NCBI GenBank assembly: GCA_964487115.1
Contig: CAZAPD010000100.1
Span: 1 to 48,126 of the forward strand
Origin: an uncultured Thermococci archaeon
GTDB lineage: Archaea > Methanobacteriota_B > Thermococci > Thermococcales > Thermococcaceae
DNA: 48,126 nt
Direction of reading: 5' to 3'
Shown here piece by piece: positions 8,748 through 16,971 of this stretch (position 1 is the first letter of the stretch; every line of letters starts with the position of its first letter). The translations under genes were made by a program, and so were the position numbers. The notes under the pieces are model-generated. The model ran no database searches. It had not been told where the DNA came from and worked only from the letters and a program-made list of their open reading frames with translations.

Positions 8748-10063
8748 AGCATCCCCTCAAGCTTCTCCACGAATTTTATGCTTCTTTTTATGTCAGCAAA
8801 GTATTCCTCAGCCCTCTCAATGTGCTCCTTCTCGACTCTGCCTTTTGCGAGAACATGAGCCGGTGCGAGTAGCTGAACCGCATAGCGCAGGCTTGTCTTT
8901 TCTCCAAGCTCTGCCAGATACTCTATAGCTTCATCGCTAATCTCTATGCCTTCTTCTCTGGCCCTTATCTTGACTATCTCATTTACTTCCTCCTTTTTAT
9001 ATGGTTCTGTGTTTATTATCAGCAACCTGTCGAGCATATCAATTGGTATTCCGTGAGGTGCCTCAATGTCGGTTCCCCTTATCCTCGTTCTTCCTCGGTT
9101 GGTGGCGAGAATCAGTATGGGGGCAAGCTCGCTCTCCATGGCCCTCGCAAGGAAGGAGAACGCTTCTATGTCCAGCATATGGCACTCATCAATGAACAGA
9201 ACCCCTGGAACAAGGATGGCCTTTCCTTCCTCCACCCATCCTTTTACCGTTTCATCAACTCTCTGTCTGACTTCATCGTTAATCTCCATGCCTCCTCCAA
9301 AGAACAGGCTCAGTATTCCGCCTGCCCGGGAATTGACGATATCAAGATCATGCAGGGTTACAGTGTATGTGAATTCCTTGATTTTCAGCACCGGGCCCGT
9401 TGGCAGGTTAACCCTGCGCTTCAGAAATATTCCTTCTTCCTCTTTCGTTGTGCCGAGCTTCGATATCCTGCCGCTTTCCGCATCTATCTGGATGACATCG
9501 CCTTCTTCAATACCCTGCTCAAGTATCTGGTATGCTATTTCTCTTCCAGCTCTGATGGTTTTTTCATCATCCTTTGTTTTCAGTGTGATGAGAACTGAAT
9601 CTGGAATCTCAACATAGGGATTAAAGGGATGCTTTGTTTTCCTGATCTCAATCTTCTCAACAGCACCTTCGTAAACCTTCCTTTCCTCGCTGATTTTAAC
9701 ACCGATAGCCCTACGTAAAGCCTGCTTCAGAAATTCTGTCTTCTTCATTTCGGCGGAATAAATCTCACTTCCAGCAATCTGGACAAAAGGTACATCTTCT
9801 CCAAGCTCCTTTGCTATGCCCATAGCAATGGCTGTTTTACCGCTTCCGGTGGGACCAACGAGGAGAATTCCCTTTCCTGCAAGCTTGCCCCTTTTTATGA
9901 GCTGGACTGCTATTCCCGCCGCCTCTCTTGCTTTAATCTGTCCAACCATGCCGTCCGCTATAAATCCGGCTTTTCCGTTTTCATCCAAGCCAAGGCCTCT
10001 TATATGGGAGTGCATCCCGACCCTTTCGAAGCTGATCTTTGGAACCTCCTCAATCATGGCCAT
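8741..10063 (-). CDS. TBP-interacting protein TIP49 / RuvB-like AAA+ helicase
   Basis: HSHIRGLGL, Walker A GPTGSGKT, FIDECHMLD, ATNRG, PHGIPIDMLDRL. Confidence 0.95.
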   Translation of the reverse strand: MAMIEEVPKISFERVGMHSHIRGLGLDENGKAGFIADGMVGQIKAREAAGIAVQLIKRGKLAGKGILLVGPTGSGKTAIAMGIAKELGEDVPFVQIAGSEIYSAEMKKTEFLKQALRRAIGVKISEERKVYEGAVEKIEIRKTKHPFNPYVEIPDSVLITLKTKDDEKTIRAGREIAYQILEQGIEEGDVIQIDAESGRISKLGTTKEEEGIFLKRRVNLPTGPVLKIKEFTYTVTLHDLDIVNSRAGGILSLFFGGGMEINDEVRQRVDETVKGWVEEGKAILVPGVLFIDECHMLDIEAFSFLARAMESELAPILILATNRGRTRIRGTDIEAPHGIPIDMLDRLLIINTEPYKKEEVNEIVKIRAREEGIEISDEAIEYLAELGEKTSLRYAVQLLAPAHVLAKGRVEKEHIERAEEYFADIKRSIKFVEKLEGMLQ

Positions 10064-10125
10064 GCTCCCACCCCCACTTTAAATTCCATTTTGTTATTAA
10101 AATCACCATTTAAAAGATTAACGGC

Positions 10126-10392
10126 TTGAGAAAGATTACTGTTGGAATAATTTCGGTGTGTCTGGCAATTCTTCAGTTTTATATTCTCAGGAGCATCCTG
10201 ATGGTATGTGGGAAAATGCTTATGGATATCTGTAATGCGATTTGGCAGTTGTTTGGTTTTGGCTTCTTTGGGCCTCTCTGTCCTGATGGTGTAATATGGA
10301 TTCTCCGCAGTATAAGGACATTATCCGGTTGTTTCCAACACCATAGGGAAGAGGCAAAAAGCTTAATTATCTCAAGGATGACCTTTGGATGA
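10126..10392 (+). CDS. Possible small hydrophobic protein or gene remnant
   Basis: TTG start, hydrophobic N-terminal half, stop overlaps next ATG; no recognisable family. Confidence 0.25.
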   Translation: MRKITVGIISVCLAILQFYILRSILMVCGKMLMDICNAIWQLFGFGFFGPLCPDGVIWILRSIRTLSGCFQHHREEAKSLIISRMTFG

Positions 10393-11273
10393 TTAAAATG
10401 CTTGAGGGAATATTTGTCCCCCATGTAACTCCCTTTGATGAAGATGAAAATATTAACAGGGACATTCTTGCTGAACTTATACAGTACTTTGAGGATACAG
10501 GCATAACAGGTTTTGTAACTCTGGGGAGCAACGGGGAATTTCCATACCTTACTCTTTCTGAGAAGCTGGAGGTTCTTGAAATAGTCAGAAATGCAACGGA
10601 CAAACCCATAATAGCGGGAGCGACTGAAAATTCCACGAAGGGAACGCTGGAGCTTGCTAAGAAAGCATGGGATATTGGTGTGGATGCCATTCTCATTGCA
10701 CCTCCCTTCTATTTCAAACCTAAAGATTCTGAGCTGTTTGCTCACTACTCTTCGATTGCAGGAAAAATTGATGCCCCGATAATACTTTATAACGTCCCCA
10801 AGTTTACTGGAGTGAATATAGAGCTTGATGTTGTTGAAAGACTGGTTTATGAGCATTCAAATATAATCGGAATAAAAGATTCAGGCGGATCGATTGGCAG
10901 GATCATTGAATTGATACGACGTGTTGGGGATGAAATCGCAGTTCTGGCTGGAACTGCAGATTTAATTTTGCCAGCTTTGCTTCTCGGAGCGAGTGGAGCG
11001 GTCATTGCTGTGGCTAATGTGGCTCCCCGGTTGTGTGTCGAGCTCTATAATGCCTTCACGGAAATGAAGCTTGAGAGAGCTAAGAAGCTTCAGATTCTGA
11101 TAAATCAACTCAACGAGGTGCTTGTAAAGAAATTCAATCAGATAAGTGCTATAAAAGAGGCTATGAACATGCGCGGTCTTACGGTGGGATACCCCAGAAT
11201 GCCCTCTCTCCCCTTGAGCGAAAAGGAGATTCAGGAAGTGGAAGATGTTCTGATTGCTACGGGCTTACTTTAA
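10389..11273 (+). CDS. DapA/DHDPS-family class I aldolase (GSNGE, HOGA-like)
   Basis: GSNGE, LYNVP, Schiff-base lysine in GIKDSGG. Confidence 0.9.
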   Translation: MIKMLEGIFVPHVTPFDEDENINRDILAELIQYFEDTGITGFVTLGSNGEFPYLTLSEKLEVLEIVRNATDKPIIAGATENSTKGTLELAKKAWDIGVDAILIAPPFYFKPKDSELFAHYSSIAGKIDAPIILYNVPKFTGVNIELDVVERLVYEHSNIIGIKDSGGSIGRIIELIRRVGDEIAVLAGTADLILPALLLGASGAVIAVANVAPRLCVELYNAFTEMKLERAKKLQILINQLNEVLVKKFNQISAIKEAMNMRGLTVGYPRMPSLPLSEKEIQEVEDVLIATGLL

Positions 11274-12223
11274 ATGCCCCTAAATAGTTGTTGGATGAAA
11301 TGAAATGCCTCTTCCTCGGGCATTATCTCTTCTTTAACTTCATTCAGCATCTTATGTTCACTTGCTCTCCCCTTTATGCGAAGGGACTTTTTAAGAGAAG
11401 GATACGCCGCTATTAGAGCCGTGCCAAACGAACCGAGGGGGGCTATTATGCCATAACTCACGAGAATCTTACCAGTAAAAGCTCCTATCAGCAGAAGAAC
11501 CATAGAGAGGGCAAGATTTACGAATCGTTTTACATTAGATATTGGAAACTCGGCATAAGGGATCCTGCCATCTACACCATCGACGTATGCCCTGCAGGTG
11601 AAGAAGCCGTATTTGTACGTGATTTCCCAGACAGGGTAATAAACGAGGCCCTCAAGCTCTGCATACCTTGTTCTGAGAGACACATCAACTCCTCTCCAGT
11701 GGTAGTATCTCTTAGCTTCTTTTTTCAGAGACTTCTCAACAATTGTAATCGCTGCTTTTCTTGCATCTTCCACATGCACCTTTTTCTCAAGCAACTCTCC
11801 CTTAATCTCCCCTTCCTCAAAATATTTCCGTCCTTTAGCCGGTAGTGGATAGTTAATGAGTTCATCAAATCCTTCCACTGCTGGAATCACTATGTAGTTC
11901 ATGAACTCAACTCTGCCCGCACCATCGGAGTTTATGTAACCATGATGAGCGCTTCCTTCAGCTTCAACAAAAAAGACATAAAACGGCACATAATAGAGCC
12001 TCTGATTAAGTATCTGAGCCTTTGAATCCACATCGTTTGGAGATATGCTCTGAAGCCGGATAAAGCTCATGAGGAAATGCCTTGGGTTCTGGATTTTCAG
12101 GGGATACATGAAGTCCTTTGCTTCTCTAAGCTTTATCCTGAATCCGCAGTAGGGGCATGCCACGATCTCAGCTTCTGTTTTAACTTCAAAAGTTGCCCCG
12201 CAGTTCGGGCATCTCACCTTCAT
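11270..12223 (-). CDS. Zn-ribbon protein with two C-terminal TM helices (paralog B)
   Basis: CPNCG...CPYCG; YYVPFY; YYPVWEITY...VDG; hydrophobic hairpin. Confidence 0.8.
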   Translation of the reverse strand: MKVRCPNCGATFEVKTEAEIVACPYCGFRIKLREAKDFMYPLKIQNPRHFLMSFIRLQSISPNDVDSKAQILNQRLYYVPFYVFFVEAEGSAHHGYINSDGAGRVEFMNYIVIPAVEGFDELINYPLPAKGRKYFEEGEIKGELLEKKVHVEDARKAAITIVEKSLKKEAKRYYHWRGVDVSLRTRYAELEGLVYYPVWEITYKYGFFTCRAYVDGVDGRIPYAEFPISNVKRFVNLALSMVLLLIGAFTGKILVSYGIIAPLGSFGTALIAAYPSLKKSLRIKGRASEHKMLNEVKEEIMPEEEAFHFIQQLFRGI

Positions 12224-13251
12224 CTCTCCACCCTCACGTCCCAGCTCATCTTTTTTCCATATCCTCGGGCAACTTCATATCCGAAGTATAAACCTGCTAC
12301 GACGATAAGAATTGGAATTACAGCACCCTTCTTCATCTCCACTACAGCCTTCCAGAAGGTGGAATTTCCAACGAGCATTGCAAAGAACCCGGAGATAACA
12401 ATCCCAATGGCTGCCATCGCGAGATAGCTAACTTTTCTCCATATCCTCATAGGCTCAAGTGCTGTAATTTCCCTGCCTTTGTGACCATCATAAGCGACAA
12501 AGTATGTGCCACCTTCAAAATCATAATAAACTCTCCAAACCGGGTAAAACACTAAAGCAAAATCTTCAACCTCTCCTTCAAAACTAAAACTCAGCAACTC
12601 ATTATCCTCTGGGACATACAGTTCCTTAGCTCTGTCAGAAGCCCTATCGAGCAGAATTTCTCTTGCCCTTTTTCTCCCGAATTCAGTATTTAAAAATTCC
12701 AGCTTTAGGTTCTCCCACTCTTCAACATCAAGCTCCTTTAAAGGTTTTATTTTGATTTTTGATGCAAGTGTTTGCCTGAGATCTTTAAAAGAAATATATG
12801 CTTTTTCCATCTTCCGTGTTAGCTCCTCAAGAGCCACATCATAGACGCTCCTCCTTCCAGATGTACATACAATAAGAGTCTCACTGAACCTCCTGTACCT
12901 CACAACTTTTTTGTTATCGTTTCCTTCTTTCTCATAGACAACATATCTAACGTATCCCCTCACCTTAACCTTGCCAAACCACAGAGGAATGTAGAAACCC
13001 TCAACTTTTGCAATGCCGATTTTATCCCTCGACCCTGTGAAATCTCTATCTTTCTCCATTCTGTTCCAGAATTTTCTCATAATCTCTTTTTCTGGAAGAC
13101 TCTCAGCGAAAAATGTGTTACTCTCTCCAAATATCTCATCGAATGAATTGGGAAAACCACAGTAGGGGCACACGATGATTATGTCCTCAGGGGAAACATC
13201 CAATGGAGCGCCGCACTTTTTGCATTTGAGTACCTGAATGATTACCACCAT
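12220..13251 (-). CDS. Zn-ribbon protein with two C-terminal TM helices (paralog A)
   Basis: CKKCG...CPYCG; FYIPLW; FYPVWRVYY...YDG; start chosen just downstream of a TATA (AAAACTTTTAAG). Confidence 0.8.
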   Translation of the reverse strand: MVVIIQVLKCKKCGAPLDVSPEDIIIVCPYCGFPNSFDEIFGESNTFFAESLPEKEIMRKFWNRMEKDRDFTGSRDKIGIAKVEGFYIPLWFGKVKVRGYVRYVVYEKEGNDNKKVVRYRRFSETLIVCTSGRRSVYDVALEELTRKMEKAYISFKDLRQTLASKIKIKPLKELDVEEWENLKLEFLNTEFGRKRAREILLDRASDRAKELYVPEDNELLSFSFEGEVEDFALVFYPVWRVYYDFEGGTYFVAYDGHKGREITALEPMRIWRKVSYLAMAAIGIVISGFFAMLVGNSTFWKAVVEMKKGAVIPILIVVAGLYFGYEVARGYGKKMSWDVRVER

Positions 13252-13283
13252 AGATAGGGAGGGGTTAATGCTTAAAAGTTTTT

Positions 13284-13341
13284 GGCTCAGCATTGGTCGA
13301 TGCGGGCATCGTTAACCCTAAAGGCCAATCTCATCATCGCC
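13284..13341 (-). ncRNA. Box C/D methylation-guide sRNA
   Basis: Minus strand: GGC-G-ATGATGA(C box)-GATTGGCCTTTAGGGTTAACGATGCCCGCATCGACCAATG-CTGA(D box)-GCC; 58 nt, terminal GGC/GCC stem, C box overlaps upstream stop codon. Confidence 0.8.
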
Positions 13342-13546
13342 ACAGCAGTTTGTAGTTCAGAAAGAGCAGAGCGGGTAATAGAAGATCAAAAAGAAGATGA
13401 CCCTCCCCTTGAAGCGAGCGATTTATAGAGTGGATTCCAGCAAAGAGCGTCAGCAGAGCTGCCAGAAGTATTGTAATGGACAGTTTTTTCATTGACAATA
13501 AGATGAGAGTACAATTAAAAGCACAGATCAGCGCTTTGTTCTTCAT
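13334..13546 (-). CDS. Small membrane protein downstream of queE
   Basis: GAGGTG RBS; hydrophobic segments. Confidence 0.5.
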   Translation of the reverse strand: MKNKALICAFNCTLILLSMKKLSITILLAALLTLFAGIHSINRSLQGEGHLLFDLLLPALLFLNYKLLWR

Positions 13547-13555
13547 TCCAACACC

Positions 13556-14317
13556 TCACAGGACGTTGAGGTATTTGTGCACCTGAAAGCTCAGTCCGAC
13601 GTTTTTTCTACCCATTATCACAGCTGCTTCATGATAAAGCTTCAATAAGCGAGTCTGCGGGATGTCAATGGGTTCCTTCGGCTGAATCACAAGGGGGACA
13701 ACTCCCTTCAAAAGCCCCGCATACCATCTCACATTTTCAGGCTTCGTTTCCTTCGTGACAACAAGCTTTGCATATGTTTTTGCTCCTGCTTTTCTTAGGA
13801 TTCTTATGCTCTCGACTTCTCTCATAACAAGTGCCCTCCACTCTCCCGTTGCCTTTGCTGTGTCATCCTTTATGTCAACGCTGGCGTAATCAACAAAATT
13901 TGCGATTTCCTTAACCAGCTCGGGAAGACCGCCATGGGTTTCAAGGAAATTGGAAAAGCCAAGCTCCCCCATGTGCTCCATGAGAGCTTTGAGCGGTTTT
14001 ATCTGGAGGGTTGGCTCACCCCCGGTGTAGCTTATCGAGTGTATATCATCGGTGTCGAGGCGCAGGATGGCATCAATTACCTCATCCAAACTCGCAGGGT
14101 TTGGTTTGTACTTGAACTTCCCGGAAAATGGTTTGACCTCATAACGCCAGCGAGAAACCTTTGAGGCATCTATATACTCTCTACTATCGCACCAGAGACA
14201 GTTCAAATCACAGCCTGCAAAGCGAACGAAAATCTGTCTTCTTCCAAAGGCTGAACCCTCAACGCTCCCCCCTTCTCCCTGCCAGCTGTTGAAGACTTCG
14301 GCCATGATCATTTTCAT
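13556..14317 (-). CDS. queE: 7-carboxy-7-deazaguanine synthase (radical SAM)
   Basis: EVFNSWQGEG, FVRFAGCDLNCLWCDS (CxxxCxxC), TGGEPTLQ, LETHG, QVHKYL. Confidence 0.88.
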   Translation of the reverse strand: MKMIMAEVFNSWQGEGGSVEGSAFGRRQIFVRFAGCDLNCLWCDSREYIDASKVSRWRYEVKPFSGKFKYKPNPASLDEVIDAILRLDTDDIHSISYTGGEPTLQIKPLKALMEHMGELGFSNFLETHGGLPELVKEIANFVDYASVDIKDDTAKATGEWRALVMREVESIRILRKAGAKTYAKLVVTKETKPENVRWYAGLLKGVVPLVIQPKEPIDIPQTRLLKLYHEAAVIMGRKNVGLSFQVHKYLNVL

Positions 14318-14398
14318 GTTCATAGATTACTCTGAAATGACTTTTAACCTTTGGCATAACTTTTTATCCTCTGTTCCAAAATTCCATGAGGTGGTATA

Positions 14399-15214
14399 AT
14401 GAGGTTTGCTGGAGTTGACCTCAAAGAACCGAAGATTATGGGCGTTATCAACGTTTCTCCTGAAAGCTTCTATAAAGGAAGTGTTAAGAAAAGCGAAAAA
14501 GAGCTTGTTGAGACAGTTCTTAAAATGATTGAAGAGGGGGCATCTTTCATAGATATAGGAGCAAAGTCCACAGCCCCCTACTTAGAAACCCAAATATCCA
14601 TTGAGGAGGAAATCAGGAGGGCAGTATGGGCTGTGAGCACTGTAAGGGATTACGTGAGTATTCCGATAAGTATCGATACTACCCGCTCTAAAGTGGCTGA
14701 GGAGGCTGTTAAAGCTGGCGCTGATATAATAAACGATGTCACAGGCTTTAAAGGGGATAAACAAATGGTTGAAATTGCGGAGGAATACAGCATACCTGCC
14801 ATTCTATGTGCCCATACTGCGGATATCAATCTGAAAGACCCCATTCACACCGTTATTAATGCTCTTCGGGAGAGTCTGGTACTTGCTCAGAAGCACGGAA
14901 TTGAAGAAGTTGCTGTTGATCCGGCAATTGGATTTCTTCGGCCTGATTGGCCTCCATGGTATGAGTGGGACTCCAAAGTTATAGCAAACCTAAACATGCT
15001 GAAGGTCTTTGGGAAGCCCATTCTCGTGGGGGTTTCAAGGAAGTCTTTCATAGGTGCAATAACCGGAAGAAGAGCCGAAGAAAGATTGGCGGGGAGTCTG
15101 GCGGCAACTGCTGTGGCAGTTTTCAATGGAGCAAATATTATCAGAACCCATGATGTTAGAGAAACGCTGGACGCTGTAAAGGTGGCAGGATTTATGAAAC
15201 GCTTTAGGGTTTAA
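14399..15214 (+). CDS. folP: Dihydropteroate synthase
   Basis: IMGVINVSPESF, IDIGAKST, SIDT, IINDV, GVSRKSF, IRTHDV. Confidence 0.93.
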   Translation: MRFAGVDLKEPKIMGVINVSPESFYKGSVKKSEKELVETVLKMIEEGASFIDIGAKSTAPYLETQISIEEEIRRAVWAVSTVRDYVSIPISIDTTRSKVAEEAVKAGADIINDVTGFKGDKQMVEIAEEYSIPAILCAHTADINLKDPIHTVINALRESLVLAQKHGIEEVAVDPAIGFLRPDWPPWYEWDSKVIANLNMLKVFGKPILVGVSRKSFIGAITGRRAEERLAGSLAATAVAVFNGANIIRTHDVRETLDAVKVAGFMKRFRV

Positions 15215-15543
15215 TCTTCTGATTAAAGCTCTGTAATTCCATCTCTCTTATTATCTCCTCCAGCACCGCCCTCATGCATAGATCTACGTTTTTGGTTCTG
15301 TAGTATTTCCTCACAATCATCCTCTTTTCATCGAACTCAACTCGATATTCCAGAAGACCATTGTTGGTTAATTTTCTGAGATGTGAAATCAGGAGGGGTT
15401 TGGATATTCCCAGAGTCTCTCTAAGCTGTTTGCTGGTTTTTTCCTCATTTAGACATAAGGCCAATATTTTAAGCCTTATAGGGCTTGATAGAGCCTTGAA
15501 GATGTTAGCACTCCTTTCTGCTATGTCCTGAACGATACTGCAT
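15204..15543 (-). pseudogene. ArsR-family winged-HTH regulator with start codon out of frame (frameshifted, or non-canonical start)
   Basis: Frame reads SIVQDIAERSANIFKALSSPIRLKILALCL...ISKPLLISHLRKL from 15539; ATG at 15543-15541 is offset by one C (15540); in-frame TGA just upstream. Confidence 0.7.
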
Positions 15544-15567
15544 CCCCCACTTCATCTCTGATGTTAA

Positions 15568-15786
15568 TCACTCCTTAAGTTCCTCTCTAAGCTCTCTGAT
15601 TTCTCTCCTTAAAAGTCTAATCTCTTCGAGGAGACCTTCCATGGTCTCTTCCATCTTTGGGTTTGAAGAAACTGACTGTTGAGAGCTTGAATATCTGGCA
15701 ATCAGGAGCACGACTCCTATTATAACCGCTATCAATATCAGCCATCCAAGGAATTCCGTTCCGGGCGGAAGTGGGGGCATGGGCAT
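15568..15786 (-). CDS. Small single-TM protein with C-terminal coiled coil
   Basis: GGAGGTGA RBS; MPMPPLPP, one TM helix, LLEEIRLLRREIRELREEL heptads. Confidence 0.75.
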   Translation of the reverse strand: MPMPPLPPGTEFLGWLILIAVIIGVVLLIARYSSSQQSVSSNPKMEETMEGLLEEIRLLRREIRELREELKE

Positions 15787-15794
15787 GACATTTC

Positions 15795-16343
15795 TCACCT
15801 CCCATTCAGGATATCCCTTATTCCATGCAGAGTTTCTATTGTCAAGTGGGCGTAAACTCTGCTTTCTTTATATTTACCCGCTTCATAGAGCTTTTCAGAT
15901 TTAAGGTAAAACTGTTCTGCAAGGTTTTCGAGATTTGCAACTTCTCCGGCTGGCTTGGAGTTTGAGAGCATTGCATTAACTTCTTGGAATTCTCTGTATG
16001 CATGCCATATCTCATCTTTAGCGATGGTTTTTTCTGAGGGCGGAGCCGGTGGTTGAGGGACATTTTGTGGAGACGCAGGAGGTGTCGGGGCGATAGGCTC
16101 CTGTGGCGGTTGTGATGGTTGCTGTGCAGGCTCTTGCGGCTTTGATTGATCAGGTTGTTGTGGAGGTTGTGGTGGTTGCTGTGCAGGTTCCTGTGGATTG
16201 GATTTGACAGGCTCTTGTGATGGTTGGGGGTTCTGAGGAGGCTGTAATGGTGGGAGTTCATCCCCGCTAACTACAACAAAAACTAAACCACCGACTGTAA
16301 GAACTAACAATAAAATACCCATCTTTTTTATTATGTTCAACAT
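15795..16343 (-). CDS. Secreted/anchored Pro/Gln-rich repeat protein with C-terminal helical domain
   Basis: GGTGA RBS; N-terminal hydrophobic signal; PQEPAQQP repeats; helical tail. Confidence 0.8.
   Translation of the reverse strand: MLNIIKKMGILLLVLTVGGLVFVVVSGDELPPLQPPQNPQPSQEPVKSNPQEPAQQPPQPPQQPDQSKPQEPAQQPSQPPQEPIAPTPPASPQNVPQPPAPPSEKTIAKDEIWHAYREFQEVNAMLSNSKPAGEVANLENLAEQFYLKSEKLYEAGKYKESRVYAHLTIETLHGIRDILNGR
16095..16250 (-). repeat. Intragenic imperfect tandem repeat, 57-bp (19-aa) period
   Basis: GGTTGCTGTGCAGG at 16117 and 16174; protein S(N/K)PQEPAQQP(P/S)QPPQ(Q/E)P twice plus degenerate copies. Confidence 0.8.
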
Positions 16344-16354
16344 GCGATTCACCG

Positions 16355-16372
16355 GGTAAATATTTATTTACC
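16355..16372. promoter_or_regulatory. Perfect 8-2-8 palindromic operator between TATA box and start of the Pro-rich operon
   Basis: GGTAAATA-TT-TATTTACC, just downstream of minus-strand BRE/TATA GAAAGGTTTATATA (16376-16389). Confidence 0.7.
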
Positions 16373-16440
16373 TATTATATAAACCTTTCGCTGTTTTTTC
16401 TTTTGAAAGTCTCGCTCTCTGGGGTATGAGGTAGAGATTC

Positions 16441-16647
16441 CAAGACCGGCCCTTGAGGAGAACCCTTACCCACGGGGTCTTGAAAAGGCTATCTTAAAAC
16501 AATTCGATGGGATGAGAGGGGTTTCATCGTGTCTCCGCTCTCACCATAAGGCGTCCCTTCAAAGCCACTTCCAAGCCCCGAATTTGAGCGGTCTGCTCAC
16601 TCAGAGGGGAGGTGATGAGAACCGAGGGACTGAAGGCCCGCTTTGAA
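16441..16647 (+). other. GC-rich structured intergenic element (candidate ncRNA or mobile-element relic)
   Basis: About 55% GC by hand count over 16441-16640; nested stems; GTGATGA...CTGA boxes. Confidence 0.4.
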
Positions 16648-16693
16648 TCAGATTTGAACGAAAAGCCCCAAACCAACCCTCCAAAATGAAGGA

Positions 16694-16942
16694 TCAGAGT
16701 TCCATGCCTTTTACTCTATTACTAACGTAACCTTCAAGAATCTCTATTCTAACTCCTCTCCCCTCTCCAGTCAGGTCACTCATGAGCTGAACTCCCCTTG
16801 CGTAGTCCCAAAGTCTTCTCTTGGCGGAGTCTGTTATATGCTCACACATTACTATAATTTCTTTGGCATTCTCCCTACTGGCAATCTTCACAACCTTCAG
16901 GGCATCTTCTTCGTCAAAAATGCCTTTCTTCTTGAAGAGCAT
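16694..16942 (-). CDS. Small hypothetical protein
   Basis: GGGTGA RBS, 82-residue ORF, alpha/beta pattern. Confidence 0.6.
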   Translation of the reverse strand: MLFKKKGIFDEEDALKVVKIASRENAKEIIVMCEHITDSAKRRLWDYARGVQLMSDLTGEGRGVRIEILEGYVSNRVKGMEL

Positions 16943-16971
16943 TTTAATCACCCTTTTATATTATCTGTACC

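Noticed and set aside
10179..10856. 225-aa antisense ORF (and similar long shadow ORFs at 23263-23955, 39204-39875, 44408-45025, 9053-9617)
   Set aside because: They lie opposite well-supported genes, lack motifs, and are the expected antisense shadows
15842..16261. His/Asn/Leu-rich 139-aa alternative-frame ORF
   Set aside because: A frame-shifted read of the Pro/Gln repeat; its composition is explained by the CCA/CAA codons
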